DNA of 64,000 nt. Origin: Paramecium tetraurelia. Taxonomy: Eukaryota. A model generated the notes under the pieces. That model searched no databases, had not been told where the DNA came from, and saw only the letters and a program-made list of their open reading frames with translations. Below are positions 45,516 through 58,080 of the stretch, piece after piece. Position numbers and translations under genes: made by a program. Positions within the stretch are counted from its first letter, which is position 1; each line of letters begins with the position of its first letter. Location of the stretch: positions 496,001 through 560,000 of the forward strand of contig CT868063.1 in the NCBI GenBank assembly GCA_000165425.1, given 5' to 3'.

Positions 45516-46550
45516 TCAAAAGTTTCTAAAACTTCTACCAAATAAAGTCCCATCAAATTGACAATTAATTCTTCCTAAGACCTTGGTAACAAATTTGTCT
45601 AATTTCTCTTGGAATACTTAATTTTTTATCACTTCATCATTATGTACAACTTTTGAGTATCTGTGGCTGAGTATACTACATCTTTTTCTGGCACTGACAG
45701 TTCCTTCATCATAATTGAAATTCTCCTTAATCATGGCCAAACTTTCTATTTCTTGGGGTGCTCTTTCTTCTTTCTTTTTGGAATGATGTTGATCTAAAAC
45801 CTTAATAAATCTCAAAAATACAATTTCAATGCAAGGATCATCGGCCCTTTTTGCTTCCTTGTATGTTTTAATCAATTCATTGAGAGCCTTCAATCGTTAC
45901 TTGACTCCTTTTTCTTCTTCAGTCCTTTTTATAGTTTGTCTATCAACTTTTGGTTCAATTCTAAAGTGATCCTTCCTGTATTTAGGAATAATATCATCAA
46001 AGGATTCGGTATCAGTAATCAAAGTCTTGGATAAGGGTTTAAATTGTTAATAATAATCTGCTAATTCAAAATAATGTTCCTTTCCATTTCCCATTTAAAA
46101 TTTAGGAAGTTCAACTTATTTACTAGAATTACTTAACCCCATAAAATAATCTTTTAGTCTTTCAAATTTAATTTACTCATCCCTATTTTCAAATTCAGTT
46201 AGTCCATCACCTCCTTTAGCATTTATATATTTTTCATGACTCATTTCTTTAAGTTTTCCTACCATTTACCAACCCTGAATAACTTTTTGCCTATCCAAAG
46301 AAGTTGAGAATATTTTATAATTCGGAGGCCCATGTTTTGTTAATGATGCATCAATTTTGCAATGATCAGCCAAACAATATTTTAATGCTTTGTCTTTAAC
46401 CAATCCCTATTTACGGAGACGAACATAAGCGATGGCATCCTCTTCATTTGGTTATGGAGACCTTTCCTTAGGTTGAAATCTTTGGCAATGTCTATGGAAC
46501 CCGATTTCTCTAGGAGATTGATGTTGAAGAGGTAAACGAGCCTGTTTCAT
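45516..46550 (-). CDS. Hypothetical protein (344 aa)
   Basis: Intronless code-6 ORF MKQARLPLQH...FGRSFRNF*; includes the track ORF 45618..45893. Confidence 0.75.
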
Positions 46551-46797
46551 TAATCAAAAAAATAATTATAATTAAACTTAAACGGGACTGCATTTACTTA
46601 GAAGATCTTTGGAATTCATTCATTTGATGAACTTCTTTTCTATAATCCTTCAATTCAAATGATTTCGATACACACCCTCTTTTACAACAATATCCTCTAC
46701 TCGATAAACTAAAAGTCTAAAATAATTAATATTTAATGACATAATTATAAAATGCAATTACTTAGCCATAATTGTGCGAATATTATTATTTAATATT

Positions 46798-47231
46798 ATG
46801 AATAAGTTTTTGTTGCTGTCCTTGATTATTTCAATTTCTTTGGCTTCTCTGGATGATTAAGATCTCATCTAAAAATACTCCATCAAAGTCCATGAGAGAG
46901 GCAACAAATAAAGTTACCCAGAGAAAGGTGATTAAGTGAAAGTACATTATACAGTAACATAATATAAATACACTAGGGTAAATTACTTGATGGCACTAAA
47001 TTCGATAGCAGTAAGGACAGAAACTAACCATTTGAATTCAGAGTTGGAGTTGGATAAGTCATTAAATGTTGGGATGATGTTGTATTAAATTTAACACTTG
47101 GTGATAAAGTCACAGTTATTTGTCCATCTGCCACAGCATATGGAAGTAGAGGAGCAGGAAAGGTCATTCCACCAAATTCAGATTTATAATTTGACATTGA
47201 AATGCTTGGATTTAGAGATTAAGAATTATGA
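46798..47231 (+). CDS. FKBP-type peptidyl-prolyl isomerase, secretory/ER (signal peptide, C-terminal DQEL)
   Basis: [82 protein letters not shown]. Confidence 0.95.
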
Positions 47232-47652
47232 TGAATAATTTATATTCAAAATATAGAAAGTGTATTTATAAGCAATTTAAACATTATGTATGGATAAGAT
47301 TAGGACTATGTCTAGTCTGATCTAACATTCTAATTACATTATTTATAAAAAATGAAATAAAAGATAGTATATTATTTTAATCTGTATTTATTAATGAATA
47401 TAGAAATGCGAATAAATATTTCTTTTTGTTGATTTTTAAAATTACTAATTTTTCAGTTTAATCTATAACTCAATACAGATTTCATAAGTGCGAAACAAGA
47501 GCTTAAATACTATTGATAGGTTTAATGTGAAAAGTAATTTACTGAGTTTATGGAGGTCAATAAATTATTAGAAAATTATTTGATTTAATTATTTTATTCT
47601 AAAGCAAAAACTTCATGAGAATGTTTTTATATATATATTTAAAATTAAGATC

Positions 47653-48632
47653 ATGTAAAATATGGGTGTGGAATCATAATAATCTCCTGTCTTAAATAAT
47701 GGAGATGAAAAGAAAAAACCGAATTTTGTTCATATACCAATTTATGATGTTTAAACATCTCATAAATACCCTAACTCAGCAGAATAAGTCGAATCTGATG
47801 AATAAATAGTTTAAATTGATGAACGATGGTATGCCAAAAATGAAAATTATAAGCCATTAACAGCAGATCAAAGACCTGGTTTTATTAGGAAAGTATTCAT
47901 TCATAATTAATGATCAAGGTTTACAGCATAATGATATTACAATTACTGTTGACAGTTGCGGCATGTTGCCTTTCATACTTCTGGATTCCCTATCGCGATT
48001 TCTAGAATGAGTATTCAGGTTGGGTTTACTTGGCAATTGCAGTAGCAATCATTATTGAGATTATTTTATTGTGGATACCAAAATATTCGTGGAGAGTACC
48101 TCATAACTACTTGTTTGTCTTTGTTTTCACCCTTGCTGAAAGTTACACTATTTCGCAACTTTGTAGTTATGTTTTCAACAAATATAGTGAAGAAGGAGGT
48201 ATACTGAATTCTTAATTAGGATTTATCGTTTTAATGGCTGCTGCCCTTACTCTAGCTGCAGTAATTGGACTCACTCTTTACGCATGCAAAACCAAAAAAG
48301 ATTTCACTACCAAAGGTACATATATTTCAAAATTATTCAAGGGGCCTTTTTATTTATGGCAAGTACTTCTTTATTTCTTTTTGCGATATTATCCGGAGTC
48401 TACTACGATCAAGCCATGAGTCTACTCTATTCTTTGATTTCGAGCATGCTCTTTGGAATCTACCTGATATATGACACCTAATTAATCATAGGAGGAAGTG
48501 TAATCAATTTTATTGATGTAGACTCATAAATTATCGATTGATGACTACATCATAGGAGCCATGTTCATATACATAGATATCATCTATCTATTCGCTCACA
48601 TTGTGTTAATCATTATTGCATGCTTCAAATGA
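47653..48632 (+). CDS. Bax inhibitor-1/TMBIM (lifeguard-like) membrane protein
   Basis: RPGFIRKVYSIMILQLLLT, VPHNYLFVFVFTLAES, YACKTKKDFT, YLIYDTQLIIGG, IDDYIIGAMFIYIDIIYLF. Confidence 0.92.
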
Positions 48633-48712
48633 AAAACCAGAATGAACTCATATTAAACAATTTATTATCATATCTTATTCTCTCAAATTTATCAACAACA
48701 TAAATAAATAAA

Positions 48713-49754
48713 TCAAAAATCTAATTTAACTACTTTATTATTATCTCCAATCATCATTGCATATAATTCCACTTGATTTCGATACCATTTATTTTCATTC
48801 ATTAATTTACTTTGTACATCAATCAGTCGATCAATTTCAGCACAATGCAGAATTATTCTCATCATTAGTATTTATTATTTGTTATCGAACTTCTTTTATT
48901 TTTAATCTAATTCTTATTTTTACTATTGGATAACCTCATTCATACGATCTAACTCAACAGTTAAGAAAATTAATTTCTATTTACAATCAACATATTAGAT
49001 CATTTTGCTTTTGTTTTCCATCTCTTATTATTGTTTCTTATCCACTACCTATTAATAATTATATTCTAATTCTTAGTGTTAAGCTTCAATTCTATTTAGC
49101 TTTTCATTCTACATATTATAATTATCCAACAAGGAACTATAAACTTTTTACAACTCCTCATAGTCCTTCTGTGACTTGGCTACATGTTATATATTTATTA
49201 ATTCTTCGTTTCTTTTACTGCTTAAATTTTCATTCTCGCAAACCAAAAATCCTAATTTACATTCCAGTTATTTGATTGTGTATTATAATTACTAAATGAC
49301 TTATAACTGCTGATTTATTTATTAATATTGATTTTGCACTAATATTTCCTTTTAAGCTATCATCTTGTTTGCATCAGTTAATTGGTTTTCTAGTTCCTAA
49401 CATTTAAGTTCCTTCTTCACTAATCTTTCTGATAAGTCTTTAAGCTAAAACTCGTAATTTTTATTTTCGTAAGCATTTTCTTTAATGTCTAGGTTATGAT
49501 GCTTCAATTTTTCATTCTCTTAATTCAATCTTTCAAGTTCAACTCCCATTAAAAAGCACATGATATCAAATTAATTCTTAACATTGGAACTTCTGCCAGA
49601 CCTAAAATTGGTATTAATTCAATCAATACATTGCTCTTGATGCTCTGTCAGTAGGAAAATTGAATTTAGGTTAGTTGCAATTTCTAGTACTTGAACAAGT
49701 GTTGAATTTAACATCTGAGTTTGAGTTATAATCATCAAGGGGTATTCTATACAT
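48713..49754 (-). CDS. Coiled-coil protein
   Basis: MYRIPLDDY...; FLMGVELERLN and FLTVELDRMNE repeats within Gln/Glu heptads; ends VVKLDF*. Confidence 0.7.
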
Positions 49755-49840
49755 AACAGATAGTTTAACCGCTAATTATTTATAATAATATAAATTAGTT
49801 TGCAAGCACAAAAATACAATTTATTAATTGAAGAAATAAT

Positions 49841-51372
49841 ATGATTTAATCTGAATATCCTCTCTGTCCTAAACACTAAAATCCAATAAGATTTATTGAT
49901 ATACAAGAGAATGTTCCCAAAATTCAAAGAACTTTGTGTGATGAATGCTACTTGAATAATCCCTTATCTATTCATTAAGCATTCGACTACCTCTGTTAGC
50001 AATAAAATACACCTTTCTAATAAGAAACAACTTTTGAAAAATGCAAAGAAGAATATCTTGTAATGAAAAACAAAGTTGTTGAAAATTTAAAGTTAGCATT
50101 TGCTTAAATAGAAATGGAGATTGAAAAAGAAATGGATTCATAAAAGACTCTTATTAATGATAGTGTGTTTCAATATTATTTGGGAAAATAAACCACTTTA
50201 CTTTTGGAGGATTACTAACAATTAGGTGAGTTGTTGAGTGTTTAATTGGAAAAAAAAGGAGAAAATCTTATACAAAAGCAAAATGAAAAAAATTCTTAAA
50301 TTTAATTTGCCAAGTAATTACAAAAAAATATCAATATACTAAGGGAAATTTCTTTAAACATCCATAAAATCATTCCTTATGTGAAAGTCAACCAAAAAAT
50401 GGAAGTACTTACACCAAATGATTTGCTTGTTAAATTGGATGGGTAATTTATAGTGAAGTAGTAATTGGATAATTTAGAAAATATAAAGTGCATAGACTAT
50501 CACAGACAACTTTAAACTCTTATCTATGGTTGTTATAAATTCTAAATGGATTAAAATGAAATGGTCATTATTAGATTTGATAAGAATTTTAATGTATTTT
50601 TAAAGGAAGAGTATACAAGTCATAGCAGAACAGTCAATTGCATAAAGTCATCATTGATATCTAATTTTTGCATTACAGGAAGTGAGGACAGTACTGTAAA
50701 GGTTTGGAAAATAGTTCAGGAGGGTCTTTGCTGTGAGTAAACTTTGGAAGGTCATCAAGATTCAATCATATGCATTTGTTTAAACAGAGTTGAGAGCATA
50801 TTGGCCAGTGGAAGTTCGGATAACCATATTATTGTTTGGTACTTAAATGTATAAAACAAATGGCAGAAGGCACAAACAATAGTAGATTCTCCTAGAATAA
50901 CACTGTGCATAAATTTCAATAGGTTATCTGAGTTAATGGTTACTGGTTGTATTGATCACTCAATTTATGTTTGGAGTGTAGTTAATGAGAAATGGAGAGG
51001 TTAGAGGATAGATAAGGCTCATAATAGAGCATGAATGCCATATGTTTTATCAATCAGACAAGATTTGCAAGTGCTTCTTGGGATTCAGCAATAAAGGTCT
51101 GGGATAGGCAGAATACCAATTAGCATTATGCATAGGTTTTTTTAACAGTAACTCACTATGGTCCGATAGTGAATCTGATATTGATCGAGGAGAGCAATCA
51201 TTTGATAAGCTGTGCCTATGATACAACAGTAATTTGGAGTATTGATCCCCAAGATCTAATAGTGAAGAAATAAAAGATTACAGCTGCCAAGGGGATTTGC
51301 TAAATCAATGAATAAAAATTATCAATAATCACTTATGAAAACCAATTAAAGATTTATTCATTGGAGTAATGA
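49841..51372 (+). CDS. WD40 repeat protein with N-terminal Cys/His zinc motif; apparent 1-nt frameshift near 51025 (possible pseudogene or sequence error)
   Basis: CPKH...CDEC; SHSRTVNCI..TGSEDSTVKVW; EGHQDSI..ASGSSDNHIIVW. The frame stops at 51032-51034 while FASASWDSAIKVWD continues in another frame to TGA 51370-51372. Confidence 0.75.
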
Positions 51373-51470
51373 TATGACTAAATATTATTGTGACAGATAA
51401 AATCTTTTGAATATAAATTTTTTAAGTTAGGATTATTAATAAATATATATTAACTTTTCAAAAATTTACT

Positions 51471-54400
51471 ATGTCTTATCGTGTTAACAATGCAGAAATT
51501 GAGGGACAACATCCACTTCTAAAAGTTACTCCTGTCAGATTCCTTTGGATCAGACTTGTTTTGATTGTAAATGTTTAAAATGAATATAGATCATTATTTC
51601 CATAATGACAGGCTGTATGTTCGCATTGGCCTTGAGATGGAGTAAAAAGTTGTATAACTGGTTTCTATTTACTCCTTGCAATGTTGAAGAGACGGGAACA
51701 CATTATAGGGTAGATACATAGAATGGTCAATAATTTACATTAGAAAAGTAACAGATGAATGGCATATACTATTTTACATTCAGGTAGTAAGACTGTTAAA
51801 TTTAGACTTCTTAAATATGCATTTGATCCAAAAACACAGTGTTATTAGCCAATTGAATTTGAAACTGACGGCAAGATAATCAAAGATATAATAGCTAATC
51901 GTAATGTATTAACTCAAAATTTGAAAATATAATACTATGGGAAATGTCAACTCTAAATTCCAATTCAACCCCTCGCTGAGTTCTTATTCGAGCACCTAAC
52001 CGGCCCATTCAATATTCTCTAGTATTTTGCCGTTGCTGTATGGTTTGCTCAAAATTCGATCACATTCCCAATCCTAATTTTGGCATTCACAGCAATTGCA
52101 GTTATAGTCAACTATATCTTGTACAGAAGATCAAGGAGTCTCTTGCAGAAATTAGCTAATATCCATCAGAATGTAATATTGAAGAGTGATACGTTAAGAA
52201 CTGTGAATGGATCTGAATTGCTTCCAGGAGATTACATAATTTTATAGGAAGGATAATAATTGAATTGTGATTGTGCTATTCTTTAAGGAGATGTCATGGT
52301 AAATGAGGCAACATTGACAGGCGAAAATGTACCAATACCAAAAACAGCCTTGCCTGATCATTCAGTTAAATTCAATTTCGAATCATTAAATCAACATTGT
52401 CTATTTGAAGGGACTAGTATAGTGAAAGTGAATACAACAACAGAGAATGTGGCAATAGTGCTAAGAACTGGATTTAGTTCTTTAAGAGGATAATATTTTA
52501 GAAATGTTCTATTCCCTGCACCTCCCTCATAAAGATTCTATGTCCAAGCCGCTAAATTTATTTTAACTTTTGCAACAATAATAGCTATAGTCTATGGCTT
52601 TATGTTAATAAAATATATCCCCATGGAATTCAAAACAAGTCTCTTAGTATTAAGATTCCTTGATAATATTGTTTGGTCAATACCTCCTTCGATGCCTATC
52701 TTCTTTAACATTTGTAAAACAGCTAGTTTAGTTAGACTGAGTTCAATCGGCATTAATGGTAGTAATGCTGATAAGATTGAATCTGCTGGTCGTATTGACA
52801 CTTGTTGTTTTGATAAAACAGGCACACTTACTACTCTGGGATTGAAAGCAATCAAAGTATGGACTCATGATCAATCATTAGTAAATTTATTATATTTATA
52901 TTTAATAGGAATAAATTGCTAATTATATTTTAGCATGTTGTCATCATCTTCTATTAATTAATGGGGAATTGCAAGGTGATCCTTTGGAAATAGAGATGTT
53001 AAACTTTATTGGTTGGTAGATTAATTTTGAAGGCAAATCCTTCTTTTCAGTTAAAAAAGATCAATAAGAATTTGAAATCATTAAGATCTTTGACTTTAGT
53101 TCAGCAAGACAAATGATGAGTGTCATAGCAACTGATGGAACTAATTTCTATTTATTTTCTAAAGGATCTCCAGAAATGATTAATTAATAATCTCAAGACA
53201 AAAAGTAAGTTGTTTTAGATGAAGTGAAGAAATACGCATCAAATGGATTCAGAGTCTTGGGATTGGGTTATCGCAAATTAAATAATAACCAATTAGATCT
53301 ACAAAGAGAAGAATTAGAAACACAATTGAATATCGTTGGAATGTTTGTTTTAGAAAATCCCCTCAAAGATGATACTCCTTAAGTAATATAAACCTTAAGA
53401 AACAGTGGATTGGATATTAAGGTGATTTCAGGGGATAGTCCTTTAACTACTATCTATTGCGCTAAAATATCTGGAATCATTGATTTCAACTCTGAAGTTG
53501 TGATTTTAGATTATAATTCAACTAAAAGATAAATAGTCATCTTTGATAATGATAATCAAGCTAATTATGATGAAAATGCCATAGAAAACCAAAATTTAAT
53601 TGAATAAATTATTCAAAATCCTAAAATGACTGCACTGACTGGCAAATTCTTAGAATTTATTTCTAAATTCTTAACAGTTGCCAATCCAAATAGAGAAACA
53701 AGTCTCAGTATGACATAAAACAATTCATCAAATCAAATTTTCTCAGATAATAATGCAATTGAATTCGATGATACCAAAATGAAGGAAATAACTAAGAAAT
53801 TAATTTCAAAGACTAGAGTTTTCGCCAGATAAAAGCCAGAACAAAAGAAATAAATTGTTGCATTGCTCCAAGATATGGGAAGATAAGTCATGATGACTGG
53901 AGATGGAGCCAATGATTGTGTAAATTATTAAGATTATATCATTTAGTCAGCTATAGCTTAGGCATAAGTAGGAATTTCATTCAGTGAATCTGATGCTTCA
54001 TATACTGCACCATTTAGTTCAAAATCAACTTCATTAAAATGTTGTGTCTAAGTCTTAGCATAAGGAAAAGCAGCCATAATGACTATAATTGAGGTGTTTT
54101 AATATCAACTGAGTGTTAATGGAATTAAATTTGCTGCTGTTACCATAATGTTTTTAGAAGTGCAGAATTTTTGTAAACCTAAATTTCTATTATTTTAGCT
54201 GAATTTTAAACTGTTTATGTTGGATTCATTTCCAATATTCCCTTATTAATTTTCCTATGCATTTCTTCCCCTGCCACAGAACTAGCGGAATATATACCTT
54301 TAGATGATCAATTCTCCTATTAAAATCAAATTCAAATCTACACTAATATTTTCTTTGCTGTTTTGGGGTATGATTACGATTTAATATCACTATAGTTTAT

Positions 54401-54842
54401 GTATCAATTACGGTATTCTTACTACGACAGATAGATTCTTTGAATATTCTAAACCTATTGAGAAGTTTTAAAGAGAGGGATACTTGAATTCAATCATGTT
54501 TTTAAGTTTGATGTATTACTTCATGTCTTTTGGAGTATCAATTTACGTATCAAACCCTTTTAAAGTCAAATACTATAAAAACATCTTACTAACATTATGG
54601 ACAACTCTTGGTTTTGTTGTTGCAATAGTATCATTCATATTCCCTCAAAGAGCTAGCTGGTGTGATGTAATCGACATTAAGGAAGACACGTAAATATTCA
54701 TAATTATTTTAATATCAGTTTCTAAGGATTTAATTGGGTTGTTTTATCAGTTGTCATAGTAACATCTTTTCTTGGATTTTTTTCCCAGGCCCTTCTTTAA
54801 AGATATATACCATCAATGTATAAAATAACACATAAATCATGA
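51471..54842 (+). CDS. P5-type ATPase (P5B/ATP13A-like)
   Basis: NEATLTGENVPIPK, IPPSMP in M4, CFDKTGTLT, GDPLE, KGSPE, ISGDSPLT, VFARQKPEQK, TGDGANDC. Confidence 0.93.
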
Positions 54843-55019
54843 ATAATAATTTCATAACAAATAGTATAACATTAAAATACATCCATACATCCATATATTA
54901 TTATTAGTAATTATGATTATAGATATTTGAGATTCTAATTAATTCCATTCCTCCAAGTATTGTGTTTTTGGTACTTAAATTCAAATTTAATTATAAATCC
55001 GTTTTATTAATTTTATTAA

Positions 55020-56487
55020 ATGCTTATTTTGTTTTTTTTGGTAGGATCACTATCACAAAGCACTTAGTATTTATGACTAAAAATTATTAGAGCTTTCTAG
55101 TTATATCACAGTCGATGATGCCTTATCTGATCTGTTAAAAACATAGCCCAAAGGATATAAGCCATGGCATCCATCGTTGAATGTGAGATTACGTGTTTAA
55201 GAAGAAGAAAGAACTTAGGAATTTTATTCATTTGTCTAATAGCAAATTAAAATCAAACAAAGAGGAATCAACACATAGCATCCAATGCAATTTGTGTAGG
55301 TTTAAGGCCCTGAATTCTTTGAGAACTTGGTTTGTAAATGTAGCTTTTCGCCTGCAGAAGCTGCTTAAGAAGAGGAAGAAGGAGGAGAAGGAGGAGGGGA
55401 AGAAGCAGAAGGAGGTGGAGCATGTGAAGCTGAAGGAGGTGGAGACCATGAAGGTGGAGAAGGAGAAGGAGAGGAAGTTGAATTCATTGTTAAAAAGACC
55501 AAAGCTCACGGGAAAGACTTCAGTTTCCTATAAGTAGGAACTTAAAGTAATTTAAATTAATATATACCTCAACCTTAACAAGTTGATTAATTGTCTTAAT
55601 ACGACTTAAGGCTACAGGCTCAGGAATTATTAATAAAGCAGTTCATGGAAAAATAAAATTAACTGACTCAACAATTGTCTCTGCTACAACAGAGCTAGGG
55701 TGTATTTGTACCATCGCTTTTTCCCTAAGTCGTAGATCCTAATTATCTAACACCTTAATAGCAAGCTCAAATGCTTTACATGATGTAGCTTTAATAGTAA
55801 TAGCAATAAATCCAATAACAGCTGTTGTAATAGTAAATGCTCAATCCATTATCCTTCTAATCAAGTCCAACTATTGTAAAGAATGACAATATTTAAACAT
55901 AACAATAATACTAAATTCCATTACAATAACCAATTGCTTATACTCAGACTGTTACCTAGCCTATTATGAACCAATAACAATTATTACTCTAATAATAATT
56001 ATTACAATAATAATAAATTCCTCAATAATTAACTTAATAGTAACTTCTATAGCAACAACAGCAGTTATTGAATTAGTAGTAGATACCATAAGCCTAGCCA
56101 TAATAATAAGTTTAATCTTAAATTCCTTAGCAAATCCCATCATTTTAATAATAACAGATTCCATAGCAATAGATCTAAGGGTTCTAATAATAAATTCCTT
56201 AGTAATAGATTCAATAATAAAATATCTAATAATAACCTTATTAATAGATTCCTTAGTAATAGATTCAATAATAATAATCTTATTAATAAATTCCTTAGTA
56301 GTAATAGTAAATTTAACAATAATAATAGAGTGGATTTTTACAATAACCATAATAGCAATAGAATGTTCCCCAATTGGAGCAGTTGGTAATTAGATATTCT
56401 TATATTTAGTTGGCTTAACAGATGGCCCAACCGTTGATGCAACCTCAATTTTTACAAAAGTAACCACAAATTATTGGTGTAGGATGA
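55020..56487 (+). CDS. Putative secreted low-complexity protein (signal peptide, Gly/Glu tract, long Gln-rich tail)
   Basis: MLILFFLVGSLS; EEEEGGEGGGEEAEGGG; QIPQQQ repeats; ends PQIIGVG*. The first intron is uncertain (55067-55100 restores the frame). Confidence 0.6.
55790..56370 (+). repeat. Poly-Gln/QIPQQ low-complexity coding repeat made largely of TAA/TAG codons
   Basis: Recurrent tagattccttagtaatag and taataataa units. Confidence 0.85.
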
Positions 56488-56546
56488 TGGATAAATAAAT
56501 TGATATTAACATAAATTTAAGATATTATTTTTATTATGTTCTTAAA

Positions 56547-57823
56547 TCACTATTTCATAATTTCCTGTTCATTTAAGTCATTTAATTTATTAAATTAATA
56601 AATTTTAAAGTATTGATGGTGCAAAAGTTCATAGGCATCAAGTCTGTTTTCAGGATTGACTTCCAACATTTTAAATCTTGGAAATATATTAAAGCATTTA
56701 CAATAGATCCTTAGTTAAAGGAGGCAAAGCGTTATATAAATCATCAGATGAATTGATATTGCATTCTTTATTCAATTTAAGCATCTCAGCGTTTCCTTTA
56801 CCCTGAAACACTTCTTTTCCCAATAAAAGTAGATGAAATATAGCTCCGCAACTAAAAATATCACATTTTTTACTATATCCCCTAGATTTATCATTCATAT
56901 TAGCAACTTGTTCTATTATTATTTTATACTTTCAGGAGCTACAAATCCAGGTGTGCCACATTTAGGAAATAAGTAGGGAGTGAGTTTGCTGATGGCAGAT
57001 AAGCCGAAATCGGCAATTTTGAGAGTCGAAAAATCATTAGGATTAGAAAATAAAATATTCTCTGGTTTTAAATCTCTATGCATTACATCTTTACTATGAA
57101 TATACTCAATGGCTGATAGAATATTCTCCATAATCTAGAATAAGGATATTGTGATACTTGTTAGATCTCGTAATCATCAAATTTGCACTGTCTTTTCTTG
57201 ATTTCTGTTAAAAGGCTTCCCCCTTAACAGAAGTCCATAATCAAATATATATTATTATCACCATCATAGACTTCATGGAGATTAACAATTTGGGTGTGTG
57301 GACTCAGTATTCTCATGATGTAAATTTCATTTTGAACTGCCTTAATTCCATTTTCAATATTGGATAATTGTTTTTTATCAATACATTTGGCAGCAAATTA
57401 TAAATTTGAATGCAAATGTCTTAATTGAACAACAAGTGAATAGCTGCCTTATCCCAAGGTCTGCAAACGCTCGAATTCATCTTGGATACTCTCTTGATAC
57501 ACAAATTTGGCGAGGATTCTTTTTAAAGCTAATAAAGTTTCAGACTCTCCGTAATATTTCTTTTGTTCTTTTTCTGTGACAATAATGATGTTTCTGAGAG
57601 TGGAGGTGTTCGGAGTTTTCTTTGATTTTTTATATTTCCATATAACTTTCTTAATTTAAGTCCAAGAGTAGATTTTCATTGGATATCCTTTTTTTGAATC
57701 TTTGTTAATTATCAATTTGTCTTCAAATAAGTAAATGTATCGATTAAACAAGCCAATGAGTTTCTTCTTCTTAATTTGACAATTAAATAATGATAAAGAA
57801 TAATCAAATTTATTTTATTACAT
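56547..57823 (-). CDS. Ser/Thr kinase, CAMK-like, with N-terminal PH-like region
   Basis: [51 protein letters not shown]. Confidence 0.92.
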
Positions 57824-57866
57824 AATTCTAATTATTGAAAATTAAGCAAAATCAATTCATCTTAAT

Positions 57867-57876
57867 AAACCCATAA
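57867..57876 (+). promoter_or_regulatory. Putative ciliate snRNA upstream sequence element (AAACCCATAA)
   Basis: Starts 62 nt upstream of the U1 start and resembles, from recall, the AACCCATAA-type element of Tetrahymena snRNA genes. Confidence 0.65.
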
Positions 57877-57928
57877 TATTTAATTTTATATAAAATTATA
57901 TAAGACAATTTTTTTAAATCCTAATTTC

Positions 57929-58080
57929 ACTTACCTGGCGAGCACTGCTGATGATCATGTAGATCAGTAGTGTGGGGTTAAGCTGGCCATCGCACAACCG
58001 GCGTCAGTGAGGCCCCAAAACTTTCCGTTTGGAAAGGCTTTATCGCTCAATTTCTGCTAGTGAGGGGAAACCCTCGCACC
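57929..58080 (+). ncRNA. U1: U1 spliceosomal snRNA
   Basis: 5' ACUUACCUGG; helix H GGCGA/UCGCU; 11-bp SL1 with loop GAUCAUGUAG; SL2 loop CCAUCGCACAA; SL3 CUUUCC/GGAAAG; Sm site AAUUUCUG; 3' SL4 GUGAGGG..CCCUCGC. Confidence 0.95.

Noticed and set aside
55964..56350. Ile-rich 128-aa minus-strand ORF
   Set aside because: Antisense shadow of the TAA-rich poly-Gln tract.
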